Shown in pieces: positions 13,750-27,290 of a DNA stretch of 64,000 bases; positions within the stretch are counted from its first letter, which is position 1; every line of letters starts with the position of its first letter. This DNA is from Squalus acanthias (taxonomy: Eukaryota). The notes under the pieces were generated by a model. It did no database searches and was not told where the DNA came from. It worked only from the letters and a program-made list of their open reading frames with translations. The DNA lies in assembly GCA_030390025.1 (NCBI GenBank), contig CM059432.1:25980001-26044000 (forward strand). Direction: 5' to 3'. The position numbers and the translations under genes were made by a program.

Positions 13750-15396
13750 AAGGAGGAGAGCATGCCAGGGGATTTCAGAGACACCATAATCATGACCATC
13801 TTCAAGAAAGGAGACAAGTCTGATTGTGGTAATTACAGAAGAGTTTCCCTGTTGTCTGCCACAGGGAAAGTCATTGCAAGAATCCTCCTCAATCGTCTCC
13901 TCCCAGTGGCTGAAGAGCTCCTCCCAGAGTCACAATGCGGATTCCACCCACTAAGAGGCACAATGGACATGATTTTCACTGTGCGACAAATCCCCAAAAA
14001 ATGTATGGAGCAGCATCAACATCTGTACATGGCCTTTTTTGACCTCACAAAGGCCTTTGACTCTGTCAACCGAGAGGGATTATGGAGTGTCCTTCTCAAA
14101 TTTGGCTGTCGTCAAAAATTTGTTACCATCCTCCATCTGCTCCACGATGACATGCAAGCCGAGATCCTTACTAATGGATTCATCACAGACCCAATACAAG
14201 TGAAGACCAGGGTCAAGCAAGGCTGTGTCATTGCACCAATGCTCTTCTGAATCTTTCTCATTGCAATACTTCATCTCACCTCTGACAAGCTTCCCGCCGG
14301 AATGGAGCTAATCTATAGGACGAACGGGGAATTGTTCATTCTCCGTCACCTTCAGTCCAGAACCAAGATTGTTCCAACCTCTGTTATTGAATTACAGGAT
14401 GCAGAAGACGCTTGTGTTTGTGCACACACAGAGGCCGAACTTCAAACCATCGTTGACTCCTTCACTGAAGCGTACGAGAGACTGGGCCTTACATTAAACA
14501 TCTGAAAGATGAAGGTTCTTTACCAACCTGCCCCCGCCGCACAACACTGCCCCCCAACTATCAAGATCCATGATGAGGCCTTGGACAGCATGGACCACTT
14601 TCCATACCTTGGGCCTTCTGTCAGCAAGGGCGGACATCGATGACAAAATCCAACACCACCTTCAGTGTGCCAGTGCAGCCTTCGACCGCCTGAGGAAAAG
14701 AGTGTTTGAAGACCAAGACCTCAAACCCGGCACCAAGCTTATGGTCTACAGAGCAGCAGTGATACCCGCCCTCCTGTATGCTTCAGAGACATGGACAATG
14801 TACAGTAGGCACCTCAAAGCACTGGAGAAGTATCACCAACGCTGCCTCCGTGAAATCCTGCAAATCCATTGGCAGGATAGGCATACCAATGTCAGTGTTC
14901 TCTGTCAGGCCAACATCCCCAACCTTGAGGCATTGATCATGCTCAATCAGCTCCGATAGACGGGCCACATTGTCCGCATGCCTGATACAAGACTCCCGAA
15001 ACAAGCACTCTATTCCGAGCTCCGTCATGGCAAGCGACTTCCAGGAGGGCAGAGAAAACGCTTCAAGGACATCCTCAAAGCCTCCTTGAAAAAATGTAAC
15101 ATCCTCATCGACTCTTGGGAATCCCTGGCCCAAGACCGCTCAAATTGGAGGAGAAGCATTCGAGAAGGTGCTGAACACTTTGAGTTTCTTCGTCAGGAGC
15201 ACGCGGAGGCCAAGTACAAATAGCAGAAGGAGCGTATGACGAACCAAGCACTCCACCCACTCGTCCCTTCAACCACTACCTGCCCCACCTGTGGCAGAGT
15301 CTGTAGATCCCGCATAGGGCTCATTAGTCACCTTAGAACCCACAATATTGGAGTGGAAGCAAGTCATCCTCGACTCCGGGGGACTGCCTAAGAAGA
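13750..15396 (+). mobile_element. RTE-clade LINE, 5'-truncated and degenerate
   Basis: NYRRVSLLS..LPESQCGF..DLTKAFDSV..KQGCVIAP RT motifs; C-terminal CPTC..HLRTH zinc finger; 11-bp TSD CTGCTCATACC at 13739-13749 and 15397-15407. Confidence 0.93.
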
Positions 15397-15439
15397 CTGC
15401 TCATACCTCACAGAGGAAGGCTTCCCTCAGGTTAGGATA

Positions 15440-16990
15440 GCCTATTCAGCCCCTCAAGCCTGTTCCATCATTCAAATAGATTATGGCTGATCTGTACCTC
15501 AACTCCATTTACTCTTCCATATCCCCTGATACGCATATCTAAGAAAAATCTTATCTGTAGAATTTCAATTGACCCAGCATCTACAGCCTTTGGGGGGCGA
15601 GAGTTCTGGATTTCCACTACCCTGAGTGAAAAAGTGCTTCCTGATTTCAAGCCTAAATGGCCTAGCTCTAATTTAAAGATTGTGTCCTCATGTTCTATAT
15701 GTCCCACCAGAGGAAATAGTTTCTCTGTATCTACCCTAACAATCAGTGTCAGCTGTGGCTCAGTTGGTAGCACACTCGCCTCTGAGTCAGAAGGTTGTGG
15801 GTTCATAGTCCCACTACAGGGACTTGAGCACATAAAGCTAAACTGACACTCCAGTGCAGTGCTGAGGGAGTGCTACACTGTCGGAGGTGCCGTCTTTCAG
15901 ACGAGACGTTAAACCGAGACCCTGTCTGCTCTCTCAGGTGAACATAAAAGATCCCATGACACTATTACGAAGAAGAGCAGGGGAATTATCCCCTGTGTCT
16001 TGGCCAATATTTATCCTTCAACCAACATAATAAAAATAGATTATCTGGTCATTATCACATTGCTGTTTGTGGGAGCTTGCTGTGTGCAAATTGGCTGCTG
16101 CATGTCCCACATCACAACAGTACTTCAAAAATACTTCATTGGCTGTAAAGCGCTTTGAGACATGGTCGTGAAAGGCGCTATATAAATTCAAGTATTTCTT
16201 TTATCATTTTATACACCTCAATTAGAGCACTCCTTAACCTTCTAAACTCAGGGAATACAAATTTAACCTTTTACATCCCAGCATAATTCTGGTGACTCTG
16301 CACTGTACCACCTCCAAAGCCGATATATCTTTTCTGAGGTGAGGGGCCCAAAACTGAACACAGTACTCCAGATGGGGTCTGACCAAGGCTCCATACAAGT
16401 GAAGCATCAATTCTTCTCTTTTGTATTCCAATCCTTTTGAGATAAAGGCCAACATTCCATTAGCCTTTTTGATTACTTTTTGCACCTGTGCTCTATCTCT
16501 TAGTGATCTGTGCGCATGGACTAAAACTTCATTCTTAGCTATTTGACATCATTCATGGAGTGCGATGTCCACTTTTCTTAACATACATTACTTTCCAGTT
16601 GTCCATGTTAAATTTTAGCTGCCATTGCACTGTCTAGTTTTATCCAACTAATTTTTCCCAAAATGCCTCCTCAGATTCAACTCATAGTTTGGTATCATCA
16701 ATGAGTCTGACTTGATTTTCATTGAGTTTCTGAATTCAAGTCATTAATTACATTAGCAAAAGTAAGGGGTCCTAACATTGATCCTTGGAGTACCCCATTC
16801 ATCACTTCCTCCACCCTGACTCAACTCAACTCCTCCAACAAGTACCTGCTGATTTCTACCCTTCTGCCAATTTCTTATTTATTCCAAATATTTACTTCAT
16901 GGTTTAAGTTTACCCAATAGTGTTTCATATGCAAGTTTGTCAGATGCCTTTTGAATTCTTGGCACATCACATTGTAAGGATTTCCACAGT
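15440..16990 (-). mobile_element. old CR1 fragment split by a Deu-SINE
   Basis: CR1 3'UTR at 15440; KANGMLAFI..LVRPHLEYC ORF at 16234-16485. Confidence 0.75.
15746..16202 (+). mobile_element. Deu-domain SINE (SacSINE1/AmnSINE1-like)
   Basis: tRNA head tgtggctcagttggtagc..gggttc; Deu-type body ggaggtgccgtctttc..gttaaaccgag..taaaagatcccatg; L2-like tail aaggcgctatataa. Confidence 0.85.
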
Positions 16991-18985
16991 CATAGAGTCA
17001 TAACGGCACAGAAGGAGGCCCTTCGGCCCATCGAGTCCGCACCGGCTCTCTGCAGAGCAATCCAGTCAGTCCCATTCCCCCGCTCTATCCCCATAGCCCT
17101 GCAAGTTTATTTCCCTCAAGTGCCTATCCAGTCTCCCCTTGAAAACACTGAGTGTCTCCGCTTCCACCACTTCCGTCGGCAGTGAGTTCCAGGTCCTCAC
17201 CACTCGCTACATGAAAAAGTTTTCCCTCACATCCCCCCTGTATCTCTTGCCCAAAACCTTAAATCGGTGTCCCCCTAGTCCTTGTACCATTAACTAGTGG
17301 GAACAGCCTTTCCCTGTCCAGTCTATCCAAACCCGTCATAATCTTGTACACCTCTATCAAATCACCCCTCAACCTCCTTTGCTCTAATGAAAACAAATCC
17401 AGCTTCTCCAACCTGTCCTTGTAACTAAGATCCCCCATCCCCGGAACCATTCTGGTAAATCTCCTCTGCACCCTCTCAAGGGCCTTCACATCCTTCCTAA
17501 AGTGTGGTGACCAGAGCTGGACGCAATACTCCAGTTGTGGCCTAATCAGCGCTTTATAAAGGTTCAGCATAACTTCTCTATGTTTGTACTCAATACCTCT
17601 AATTATGAAGCCCAAGACCCCATATGCTTTGCTAACCACTCTCTCAATATGTCCCGCCACCTTCAGGGACCTATGCACATTAATTCCCAGGTCCCTCTGT
17701 CCCTGCACACTCCTTAAAACTGTGCCATTAAGTGTATATTGCCTCTCCCTGTTCCTTCTGCCAAAATGCATCACCTCATACTTCTCTGTATTAAATTCAA
17801 TCTGCCACTTGTCTGCCCATTCTGCTAGCCTTTCTATGTCCTGTTGCAGTCGATTGGTATCATCCTCACTGTTTGCCTCACCCCCAAGTTTGGTGTTATC
17901 GGTAAATTTAGAAATTCTACTCTGTATTCCAATATCCAGGTCATTTATATATATCAAAAAAAGCAGTGGCCCCCTTGGGGAGCACCACTGTCTACTATCC
18001 TCTAGTCCGAAAAACAGCCATTTACCACAACTCGCTGTTTTCTGTCCTTAAGCCAATTCCTTATCCAAGCTGCCACTGACCCACCTATTCCATGAGCCTC
18101 AATTTTGTTAACCAGCCTTCTATGTGGTACTTTGTCAAACGCCTTCCGAAAATCCATGTAGACAACATCCATTGCATTCCCTTCATCGATCCTCCCTGTT
18201 ACTTCATCAAAAAATTCAATTAGTAGTCAAACACGTTCTGCCTTTTACAAATCCGTGTTGGCTCTCCTTAATTAGTTTAAACCTCTCCAAGTGCCAATTC
18301 ATTTTTTCCTTGATTACTGTTTCTAAAACTTTACCCATCACTGATGTTAAACTGACCGGCCTGTAGTTACTAGGAGTGTCCTTACACCCTTTCTTGAACA
18401 ATGGTGTCACATTTGCCACTTTCCAATCCTCAGGCACCTCCCCCCTCATCTAGGGAAGATTGGAAAATTATGGCAATCCCTTCCGCTATCTCCTCCCCCA
18501 ATTCCCTTAGCAACCTGGGATGCAAGCCATCTGGACCAGGCGACTTATCCACTCTAAGCATACCCAGTCTTTCTAGTGCATACTGTCTATGCAAGCCATC
18601 TGGACCAGGTGACTTATCCACTCTAAGCATACCCAGTCTTTCTAGTGCATACTGTCTATGCAAGCCATCTGGACCAGGCGACTTATCCACTCTAAGCATA
18701 CCCAGTCTTTCTAGTGCATACTGTCTATCAATTTTCACCCCTTCCATTGCTTCTACCTTTTCCACTTCTACCGATATTATGTCAGCATCCACCTCCTTAG
18801 TAAACACCGATACTAAGTACTCATTGAGTATTTTAGCCTTGCCCTGCGCCTCTAAGCATATATCAGCTTTTTTGTTCCTAATAGGCCCCACCCTGCCTCT
18901 TACTACCCGCTTACTGTTTACATGCTGGTAGAAGATTTTTGAGTTCCCTTTTATGTTAACTGCCATTCTACTCTCATATTCTCTC
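16990..18985 (-). mobile_element. CR1 LINE, 5'-truncated, sister of 45020-49178
   Basis: RT ORFs 17259-17957, 18216-18449 and 18430-18966; tail (tatgac)n at 16990. Confidence 0.93.
18520..18726. repeat. 69-bp tandem triplication inside CR1 ORF2
   Basis: Units start at 18520, 18589 and 18658 (atgcaagccatctgg...atactgtct); only one substitution seen. Confidence 0.97.
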
Positions 18986-19149
18986 TTTGTTCACTTGGAA
19001 TGTTACATCCTCAAAAAATCAAGGAGTTTGGTTAGGAACTTTAGGACTTCTGAATCCATGTTGGCTGCTGGGTTTATTATCATACAGGGTAATTGTCATA
19101 CTTATCCCAAATAATCAATTCTATTATTTCTATTATTTTATCCCAGTAA

Positions 19150-20010
19150 AACTGAGGTCAATGGGGGTCAAAGTCATGCCTGACACAAGGAAAATGGTTG
19201 TGGTTGTCAGAAGCCAATCATTACAGCTCTAGAACATCACTGCAGGAAGTCCTCAGGGGACTGTTTTCAGTCCAACCATCATCAGCTGCTTCATCAATGA
19301 ACTTCCCTCCATCACAAAGTCAGGAGTGGGCTGTTCGCTGACAATTCCAGTTTTCAGCTTCATTGATAACTCCTCCAGTAATGCGAGCCTACAGCAGAAC
19401 ATGGATAATATCCAAGCTTGGGATTACAAGAATAGGGTAGAGGCTGGGTACACTTGGACACCTCCTGACTCCACCATCTACAAGCCTCAAGTTGGGACTG
19501 TGATGGAATATTCACCACCTGTCTGAATCGATGCAGTCATAACACTCAAGAAGCTCGACACCATCCAGGATAGTGCAGTTCATTTCATCGGAACCCCTGC
19601 TAGTGGACACAAAATCCAACCCTTCCGCTACTGGTGCCCTGTGGTTGCAGTATGTATGACCTACAGGATGTACTGCAGTAATTCACCAAGGTTACTTCAG
19701 CAGCACCTCCCTCCCCTGCAACCTCTGCAACTGAGAAGGATAAGAGTAACAGTTTCTGGTTGTCAGAACACCATCGCCTCCAAGATCCCCTCCAAGTCAC
19801 ACATCATCTTGACTTAGACAAACGTCACCATTCCTTCATTATCGCTGGGTCAATATCTAGGCATTCCAAATCTAACAGCATTGTGGGAGCACCATTAGCA
19901 CAAGGACTGTTTTGGTTCAGAAGGACCAACATTACCTCTTCAGAGCAACTAGTAATGGGTAATAAATGCAGCCTTACCAGTGCCATTCACATCTTGAGAG
20001 TGACAAAAAA
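19150..20010 (+). mobile_element. CR1-like LINE (second family) 3' fragment, degenerate
   Basis: PQG..SCFIN remnants and TIYKPQVGTVMEYS; tail aataaatgcagccttaccagtg. Confidence 0.75.
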
Positions 20011-20527
20011 AACTGAAGGAGTAATAGGTTAGTAGTTATTTGTTTTGTTATCATTTTTGAAATTAGGGGCTATGTTAGCTTATTTCCAATCTACAGGGAC
20101 CTTCTCAGTGTTCATTGACTCTCTCATAATTACCATGAATGGCTCTTAAATATCATTCCTTGCCTCTCTTAGTACTCTAGGGTCAATATCATCCATCATT
20201 GGGAATTACTTATTTTTAGCTCTTTTAATCTATTTTAAGGTTATCACCTCATCTCTGGTTGTCATTTTAGTTATAGTACTGAAAAAAATTCTTACTGCTA
20301 TATATTTTCAAAATCTTCATTTTTCCCTCTGACATTCTTTTAACATGTTTCTATATTGATCACAGTAAATCTGTTCTTTTTTTATGCAGGATTTGTACCC
20401 GTCATTCTTCCTCCTTATTTCACTTCTGATTAATTTATGCACCCATTTAGGGTCACGCCTGTTGAGCTTACACTTGCTAATTCTAGGTATGTATTTATCC
20501 TATCTGCTCACCATTATGCCTTTAAAA

Positions 20528-20722
20528 TAGAAAGAAAAAAAGATACTTGCATTTATATAGCGCCTTTCACTACCACCGGACGTCTCAAAGCAGTGTTGTA
20601 ATGTGGGAAACGCGGCAGCCAATCAGCACATAGCAAGCTCCCACAAACAGCAATGTGATAACCAACATAACAAAAACATTATCTGGTCATTGAGGGATAA
20701 ATATTGGCCAGGACACCGGGAA
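20528..20722 (-). mobile_element. Deu-SINE 3' fragment
   Basis: Reverse complement of the 15746 element tail and body. Confidence 0.75.
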
Positions 20723-20892
20723 TAGCCTTGTCAAGAAGCATTTCCCCTAAGAGGGAAAGAATTCTACTCATTTTTCAACATTGATAGGATTTCAAATATT
20801 TAAAAAAATGGGAGGAAAGCTGTCTCCTGAATCGTCACTGATTCTCTGCTTCTCCTTTTGCTCCGATGTTCTTTGCAGAGACAGCGACAGGC

Positions 20893-21363
20893 AGAAAGAC
20901 TTGTATTTATATAGCGCCTTTCACGACCACCAGACGTCCCAAAGCGCTTTACAACCAATTAAGTACTTTTTTTCCCCCAGTGTAGTCACTGTTGTAATGT
21001 AGGAAACGTGGCAGTCAATTTGCACACAGCAATCTCCCACAAACAGCAATGTGATAATGACCAGATAATCTGTTTTAGTGATGTTGATTGAGGGATAAAT
21101 ATTGGCCAGGACACCGGAATAACTCCCCTGCTCTTCTTCGAAATAGTGCCATGGGATCTTTTATGTCCACCTGAGAGAGCAGACAGGGCCTCGGTTTAAC
21201 GTCTCATCTGAAAGACAGCTCCTCTGACAGTGCAGCACTCCCTCAGCACTGCACTGGAGTGTCAGCCTAGCTTCATGTGCTCAAGTCCCTGGAGTGGGAC
21301 TATGAACCCACAACCTTCTGACTTAGAAGGCAAGTCTGCTACCAACTGAGCCACAGCTGACAC
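20893..21363 (-). mobile_element. Deu-SINE, full length
   Basis: Reverse-complement match to 15746-16202 over the whole length. Confidence 0.88.
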
Positions 21364-22604
21364 TAGTAAAGGTGTTTCACTTGTCCTCTATTGAACTGTG
21401 ATTAGACAACCAACATTCCCCCAGCCCAATTAATTTACTTAGCTGCTCCTCTTAGTTCTGTGGTTAGCCCTTTTGAAATGATACACCTGCTCTTGGTCCT
21501 CTGTACTTCTGAATTGCAGATTTTATTGAACTTTATCATTCTGTGATTGCCATCTTCCAAGGGAGTCTGGATTTTCATGTCCTGTATGTTATTTGAGTTA
21601 ATTACCAAGTCAAAATGTTCACTGTCTGTTGTGGCTTTCCTGGTACACTGAGTCAGACTCCACTTGGGTATTGAGTTTATATTTGGTTGATTGAATCAGT
21701 CCATTTAAAAAAAGGGCAAAATACTGCAGATGCTGGAAGTCTGAAATATAAACAGAAAATGCTGGAAATACTCAGGTCAGGCAACATTATTGATGTCTAA
21801 CCAGAGTAGTTAATTGTGTAATTTTCCACGTCCCACAAGATCAAATTCTTTAATCCCTCAAGTATCTAATCTATACAGCTGTACCACTTTCTTTCACATC
21901 TAGCTATCCTGAACACACTATACCCTTGTATGTTGTATTCATTAGCAACCTCTGGGGTCAGCTATGTTTCTGACTCTATTGTATTTTCCTACTGTTAAAA
22001 TATCCTTTATTCCTAATGCTTCTAGTATTCATCTATGCACATCTTATTGTTGATTGGCCTCCTTAATCAGGCTTCAGTGACTTCTATTTCAGTTACTGTG
22101 TTCAAACATGCCTGTTTATAACTTCTATTCTTTGATCAGACTCATCCGTAACCCAGTTTCATCCCCTCCCTGTCTAATTTAAATGGTTCCCAATATTGTG
22201 CCAACGTGTTCCTGCTTTGTTTAGGTGCAGCCCGTCACTTCCGTATCAGTCCTTTTTGTCCTGAAAATATTCCCAGCTATTTATGAAAGTGGTATCATTA
22301 TTTCCACACCAGATTGCCAGCCACTTATTTACATCGTCATTAGGTGTTACATTCTCATTCCCAGACCAGCCATCCTTCTGGAAAGTGCATAATTAATCAG
22401 TGCCAAATGAGAGAGTTTATGCTCTATGTTTTCTACCCTTGGACTTGGATTGAGACTGGACAAACTCATTTCTCTTAATACTGCTCAGTAATGATACTTC
22501 TCTCATGTCATATTATTCTATATTGCATCTACTTCACAGAGATGAAAAAAGTAAGTCTCGTTAATCCGTTGCAATTTATAACTTTAGGACTTTTAACTAA
22601 AGTG

Positions 22605-22970
22605 AATTATTTTTATTATTCAATATGGGTGTCGCTGCCAAGGCTGGCATTTATTGCCCTTTCCCCAAGAAGGTGGTGGTGGTCCTTCTTCTCGAAGACT
22701 GGTAGCAGTTTGATACAACTAAAGTGGCTTGCTGGACCACTTCACAGAGCAGTTTCATGTTGGTGTAGGACTGGAGTCACATATAGGCCAGACCGCATAA
22801 AGGCAGTAGGTTTCCTTCTCTGAAGGACATCAATGAACCAGTTGGATTTTCGCGACAATCCAACAGCTTCATCTGATACAAGACTTTTCTTTTAAAACCA
22901 AATTCAAATTCTCAAACTGCCTTGGTGGGATTTGAATGCACACCACCATAACCACTGCACTACCGTAACC
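22605..22970 (-). mobile_element. tRNA-derived SINE sharing its tail with the second CR1-like family
   Basis: Homologous to 42155-42585; body ctggagtcacatataggccagacc. Confidence 0.65.
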
Positions 22971-23483
22971 CTTCCTAGTTCAGGCACACGGAGACCAATG
23001 GTATTGACCCACTCCCTTCCCCTTCATTGACAAAGTTGAGAATTAGGTAAATCAGCACAAACCAGCAATGGAGCCTGGGGATTTCCTGGCCTGTCTGCCC
23101 CAACACAGTCTATTTATAGTCATCAGGGTTCCTCTAATGTGAATAATACTTGCTTTAAAAAAAATGTTCAGATGTCTGGATCCCATAACTAATGTTTTTG
23201 GTCATTTTAATTAGGACAAACAGTCCTTTTACACACCATGTCATACCATTAAAACTGACTATAGATATCAATATAAGAATGTTACATTTAAATATAATCA
23301 CACCTCATTTCATGGAGGTGAGCATTTTCCATGGATCAACAAGCAGTCTTAAATTGAACACCATCAATTCTTGCCAATTCAGGAGATAAAAGACACAAAT
23401 ACTGGAAATCTTAAATATAATCAGCAAAAATCTGGATACGCACATCAGGTCAATCAGCATCTAAAAGAAAGCGATAAGATGAT

Positions 23484-25658
23484 GGGCCAGAATTAGCTGG
23501 TAAAATAGTGGCGAGTTTAATGCGCACACCGTTATTAATGTTTCAATCGTCCAGCAATTTGTGGTGAGGAAGAGACTGTCTGTGAGTTGTGAATTGCCAC
23601 AAATTGCTGGACGGATTACGCTGCTCCGTCATTAGCCTCGCGAAAACGGCAGCTTGCCGTCAACCTCCCAATGAGTTTCAAGAAATTGCTGGATTTACAC
23701 ATTGGCCCAAAAATTAGTATCAGTACGCGAGAGTACGCACTGTGTACTCTCGCGTATTCTGTCTCCAATTGCCGGTTTTCTGCATGCACTGCGCATGCAC
23801 TGAAAACCGGCACTTGGTGATTTCAAAAGGGGGCGGTTCCTAGGTGAACCGCGTGCGCGCTACAGGCTGCGCGCACGCAGCGCACTTAGTGCTTTGAACG
23901 CGCAGGTAAGCATGGAACATTTTACACATAAAGGAGGCGTAAGACCCTCTTTTAACAAGGTAAGTAGTTAATTAAGTATTATTTTGAATTTTTATCAACA
24001 GGTATATCTTTTTTAGAGACTTTAAAGAAAGGTAAGTTTATTTTTATAACTTTTAAAAAGATTTTAAATTTTTTCAAAAATTTAATTTTTTGTTTAAAGT
24101 GGTTAATTTATTTAACTATACTTATTTTATTAATGTGATGGTTTTAAAAAAAAATTAATTGAGGTTTAGCTGTTCTTTTGGGGTGGTATAGATTCATAGC
24201 TTTGACAGCACTTGCTGTGAAAACTATGAATGAAAGATGGTGTGCTGCCATTGGCTCAAACTTAATCACGTGATCCCACAGCTCGCACAAATTAACTGCG
24301 TCTGTGGGATACGCACACACTGCACAGCTGCAGTCTTGAAACTAAAGTTCGTGCGAGCTCGGAAGGAAAAGGCAGGCGCGCAGTGAGATATCGCGGGGAA
24401 ACCTTACCCCCGCAGGAAGGCTCCGTCTTTAATTTCTGGGCCATTACCAACTAAACTCACTGCAGAAAGCTAAGGCTGGTACTTAACAGCGTAATTACCC
24501 TTTTAATGACGATATTTATGTTCCTACAATGCCGCTCTATCTCGGAGGCCCAGGAAGGGAACAGTTGAAACTGTGGAGTTTCATTCCTGCAGCAAATCAT
24601 TCTTAGAGATTTTTAGAAAATGTAAATTTTAAGGGAGAAAAATTTGGTTGCTTTGCGCCTCCTGTTAGCGCCTAAGAGGGCGCTAACTGGGCGCAAAGCA
24701 ACTCGCATCTGGGCGCAGCGTCGCCAACGCCTCCCGCGAAATTCAGCGGGAGGTTAGTGGTGGCACTAACCATTAGCGCCCCATGGCGCTGCGCCGCCAA
24801 CAATGACGTCATCGCCGTGTGCAGCGCCCCGGTCGTGATTTTTGGTAGCGCCCCCTGACTTACCGCCGGACGCTATGTCTGACGGGGTCAGGGGGGCCTA
24901 CCTGCGACCGGGGCGGCGCTATTTAAAGGCGAGGTGCTGGGGGGCCATTTTTGTTGCTAGCCACCTGCCAGCACCTGCCTCCACTGCCGTTCCCGGCCTC
25001 CTTACCCGCCCCCCCGTGGAGTGCGGCTGCACTCCATGAGCTGGCACTTCTCTTGTGTGCTGGGCTCTTTTGCCGGCACTCCCGATCCCTGGGGGCCCAG
25101 CTGGGCCCCGGGTCGCACTGCGCAAGGCCCCTCCCCTTTAAGGGAAGGCCTGCAATACCGTGGCACTGCGGCACTTAGCACCGCAATATTCCCTCGCAGC
25201 GCCCCAAGAGGGAAGCGGGGCGCTTCCAGTAGCGCCCCGCTTCCCTCTTGGGGTGCTACCACTCAATTTCAGTCGCGGGGGCGCTAATTTTTCCGGGGCG
25301 CTACCCGGCGAAGTTAGTGCCCCAAAGGGGACGAGACCAAATTTTCCCCCCTATTTTATTTTTTTCTTACTTTTCCTCTTTCTTAATCCAATCTTTCTTC
25401 TTCTGTACCTGATTCGACTCTAATTCACTCTATTTCCTTCTCTTTTTTTCCACTGTTTACTACTCAATCCTTGAATCTCATTGGTTAAGGAGGTAGACTG
25501 TCGAACCGGTCATTCGCCAAGGTCCCAGAGGCTCTGCTGGCCATTATCAGCTCTCACTTCCAGCAATTTGCAGAGCAAAACATTTTCGAGCTGAAGGGTG
25601 AGGGGTAAAGTCCATTGGGGCACGCTGCAAGATGCCCCGCTCTAGTATATTCTGGGCT
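23484..25658. mobile_element. Harbinger-type MITE containing two nested MITEs (23704-24442 and 24633-25351)
   Basis: Outer TIR gggccagaat/attctgggct with GAT/GAT; inner ggcccaaaaatta/taatttctgggcc with ATT/ATT; inner gggagaaaaatttgg/ccaaattttcccccc. Confidence 0.7.
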
Positions 25659-25770
25659 GATATTTCTGATGGGATTCATCATCAGAACTGTTCTGTTGAA
25701 AAATCCTACCCAAAACCTTAACCTTTCAGTTGGTGATTGAACTGCTTTTTATTTAGGATTTTATTTATTT

Positions 25771-26755
25771 ATGACTGAGATGAGGAGAAATTTCTTCACT
25801 CAAAGTGTTATGAATCTTTGTAATTCTCTTTGTAGACTACAAAATGCTACAGTTCAGAGGGACCTGGGGGTCCTTGTGCATGAAACACAAAAAGTTAGCA
25901 TGCAGGTACAGCAAGTAATCAAAAAGGCAAATGGAATGTTGGCCTTTATTTCAAGGAGGTTGGAGTATAAAAGCAGGGACGTCCTGCTACAACTGTACAG
26001 GGTATTGGCGAGACCACATCTTGAGTACTGTGTGTAGTTTTGGTCTCCTTATTTATTGCATTGGAGGCAGTTCAGAGACGATTCACTAGGTTAATTCCAG
26101 AGATGAGGGGTTTGACTTATGAGGAAAGGTTGAGCAGGTTGGGCCTATACTCATTGGAATTTAGAAGAATAAGAGGTGGTCTTATCGAAACATATGATAC
26201 TGAGGGGGCTCGACAGGGTAGATGCAGAGAGGATGTTTCCCCTCATGGGGAAATCTAGAACTCGGGGGCACAGTCTCAGAATAAAGGGTCGCCCTTTTAG
26301 AACTGAGATGAGGAGGAATTTCTTCTCTGAGGGTCGTAAATTTGTGGAATTCTCTGCCCCAGAGAGCTGTGGAGGCTGGGTCATTCAATACATTTAAAGT
26401 GGAGATAGACAAATTTTTGCAAGATAAGGAAGTGAAGGGTTATGGGGAGCGGCGGGTAAGTGGCTTTGAGCCCAAGATCAGCCATGATCTTATTGAATGG
26501 CGGAGCAGGCTCGAGGGGCCAAGTGGCCTATTCCTGCTCCTATTTCTTATGTTCTACCCTAGAGGGCTGTGGAAGGATGCTCAGTCGTTGAGTATATTCA
26601 AGACAGAGATTGATAGATTTTTGGATATCAAGGGAAATGGGGATAGTGTGGGAAGGTGGAGTTGAGGTAAAAGATCAGCCATGATCTTACTGAATGCAGA
26701 GCAGGCTCGAAGGGGAAGATGGCCTACTCCTGCTCCTACTGCTTATGTTCTTATG
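25771..26755 (+). mobile_element. CR1 3' end with a second CR1 3' fragment (~25830-26553) nested in it
   Basis: Host sequence ...tgtaattctct | ctaccctagagggctgtgga... is split by an insert; two consecutive CR1 tails. Confidence 0.8.
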
Positions 26756-27290
26756 CAGTGCATGTTCAGCTCTTTGATCAATTATAATATGAACCAGATG
26801 TAAACTTAGTAGTGAATGAACTGCACAAGAATGTGCTGTCGGATTTCAGTTCCCACAATATCATGAAAATTGTGAATTTGGTGAGTGATCACCTGGTTAA
26901 CTTTAGATGTTTTATCCCCATGATGTGTGCAATGTGAAACAGGTACATCAAGTTTCATACTGAGTTTAAATAGATTTTGCATTAGCTTGAAGTATCCTAG
27001 AAAATCATGTTAACACTAATCTTTTAAGTATTTTTAATGGGAAAACCAGATGGAAGGTAAGACCCGCAGTGCAAAACACCATCAAGTTTTAAAAGAGTAA
27101 AGAATAGGTAAATCAAGGAGTAGTAGTATTATGTGATTGTAGGAAGAAAAACCCGACAGAGGTAAAGTGTTTCACAGTACGAAGTCCTGATATTATATGC
27201 TAGTTCTCTGCAAAGGTTCTTGAGTTCAAACTTGGAGATGATGCACTGGATCCAGATTATTTTTTAAAACAATGAGGTTGTACAATGGGT

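Noticed and set aside
15746..15820. tRNA-like sequences (also at 21290-21363, 27295-27360 and 51900-51960)
   Set aside because: They are SINE heads continuing directly into SINE bodies, not stand-alone tRNA genes.
18520..18726. CRISPR-like regular repeat
   Set aside because: Head-to-tail units without spacers, inside a eukaryotic LINE.
24842..25423. Cluster of overlapping GC-rich ORFs
   Set aside because: Stop-poor MITE interior; no domain similarity.
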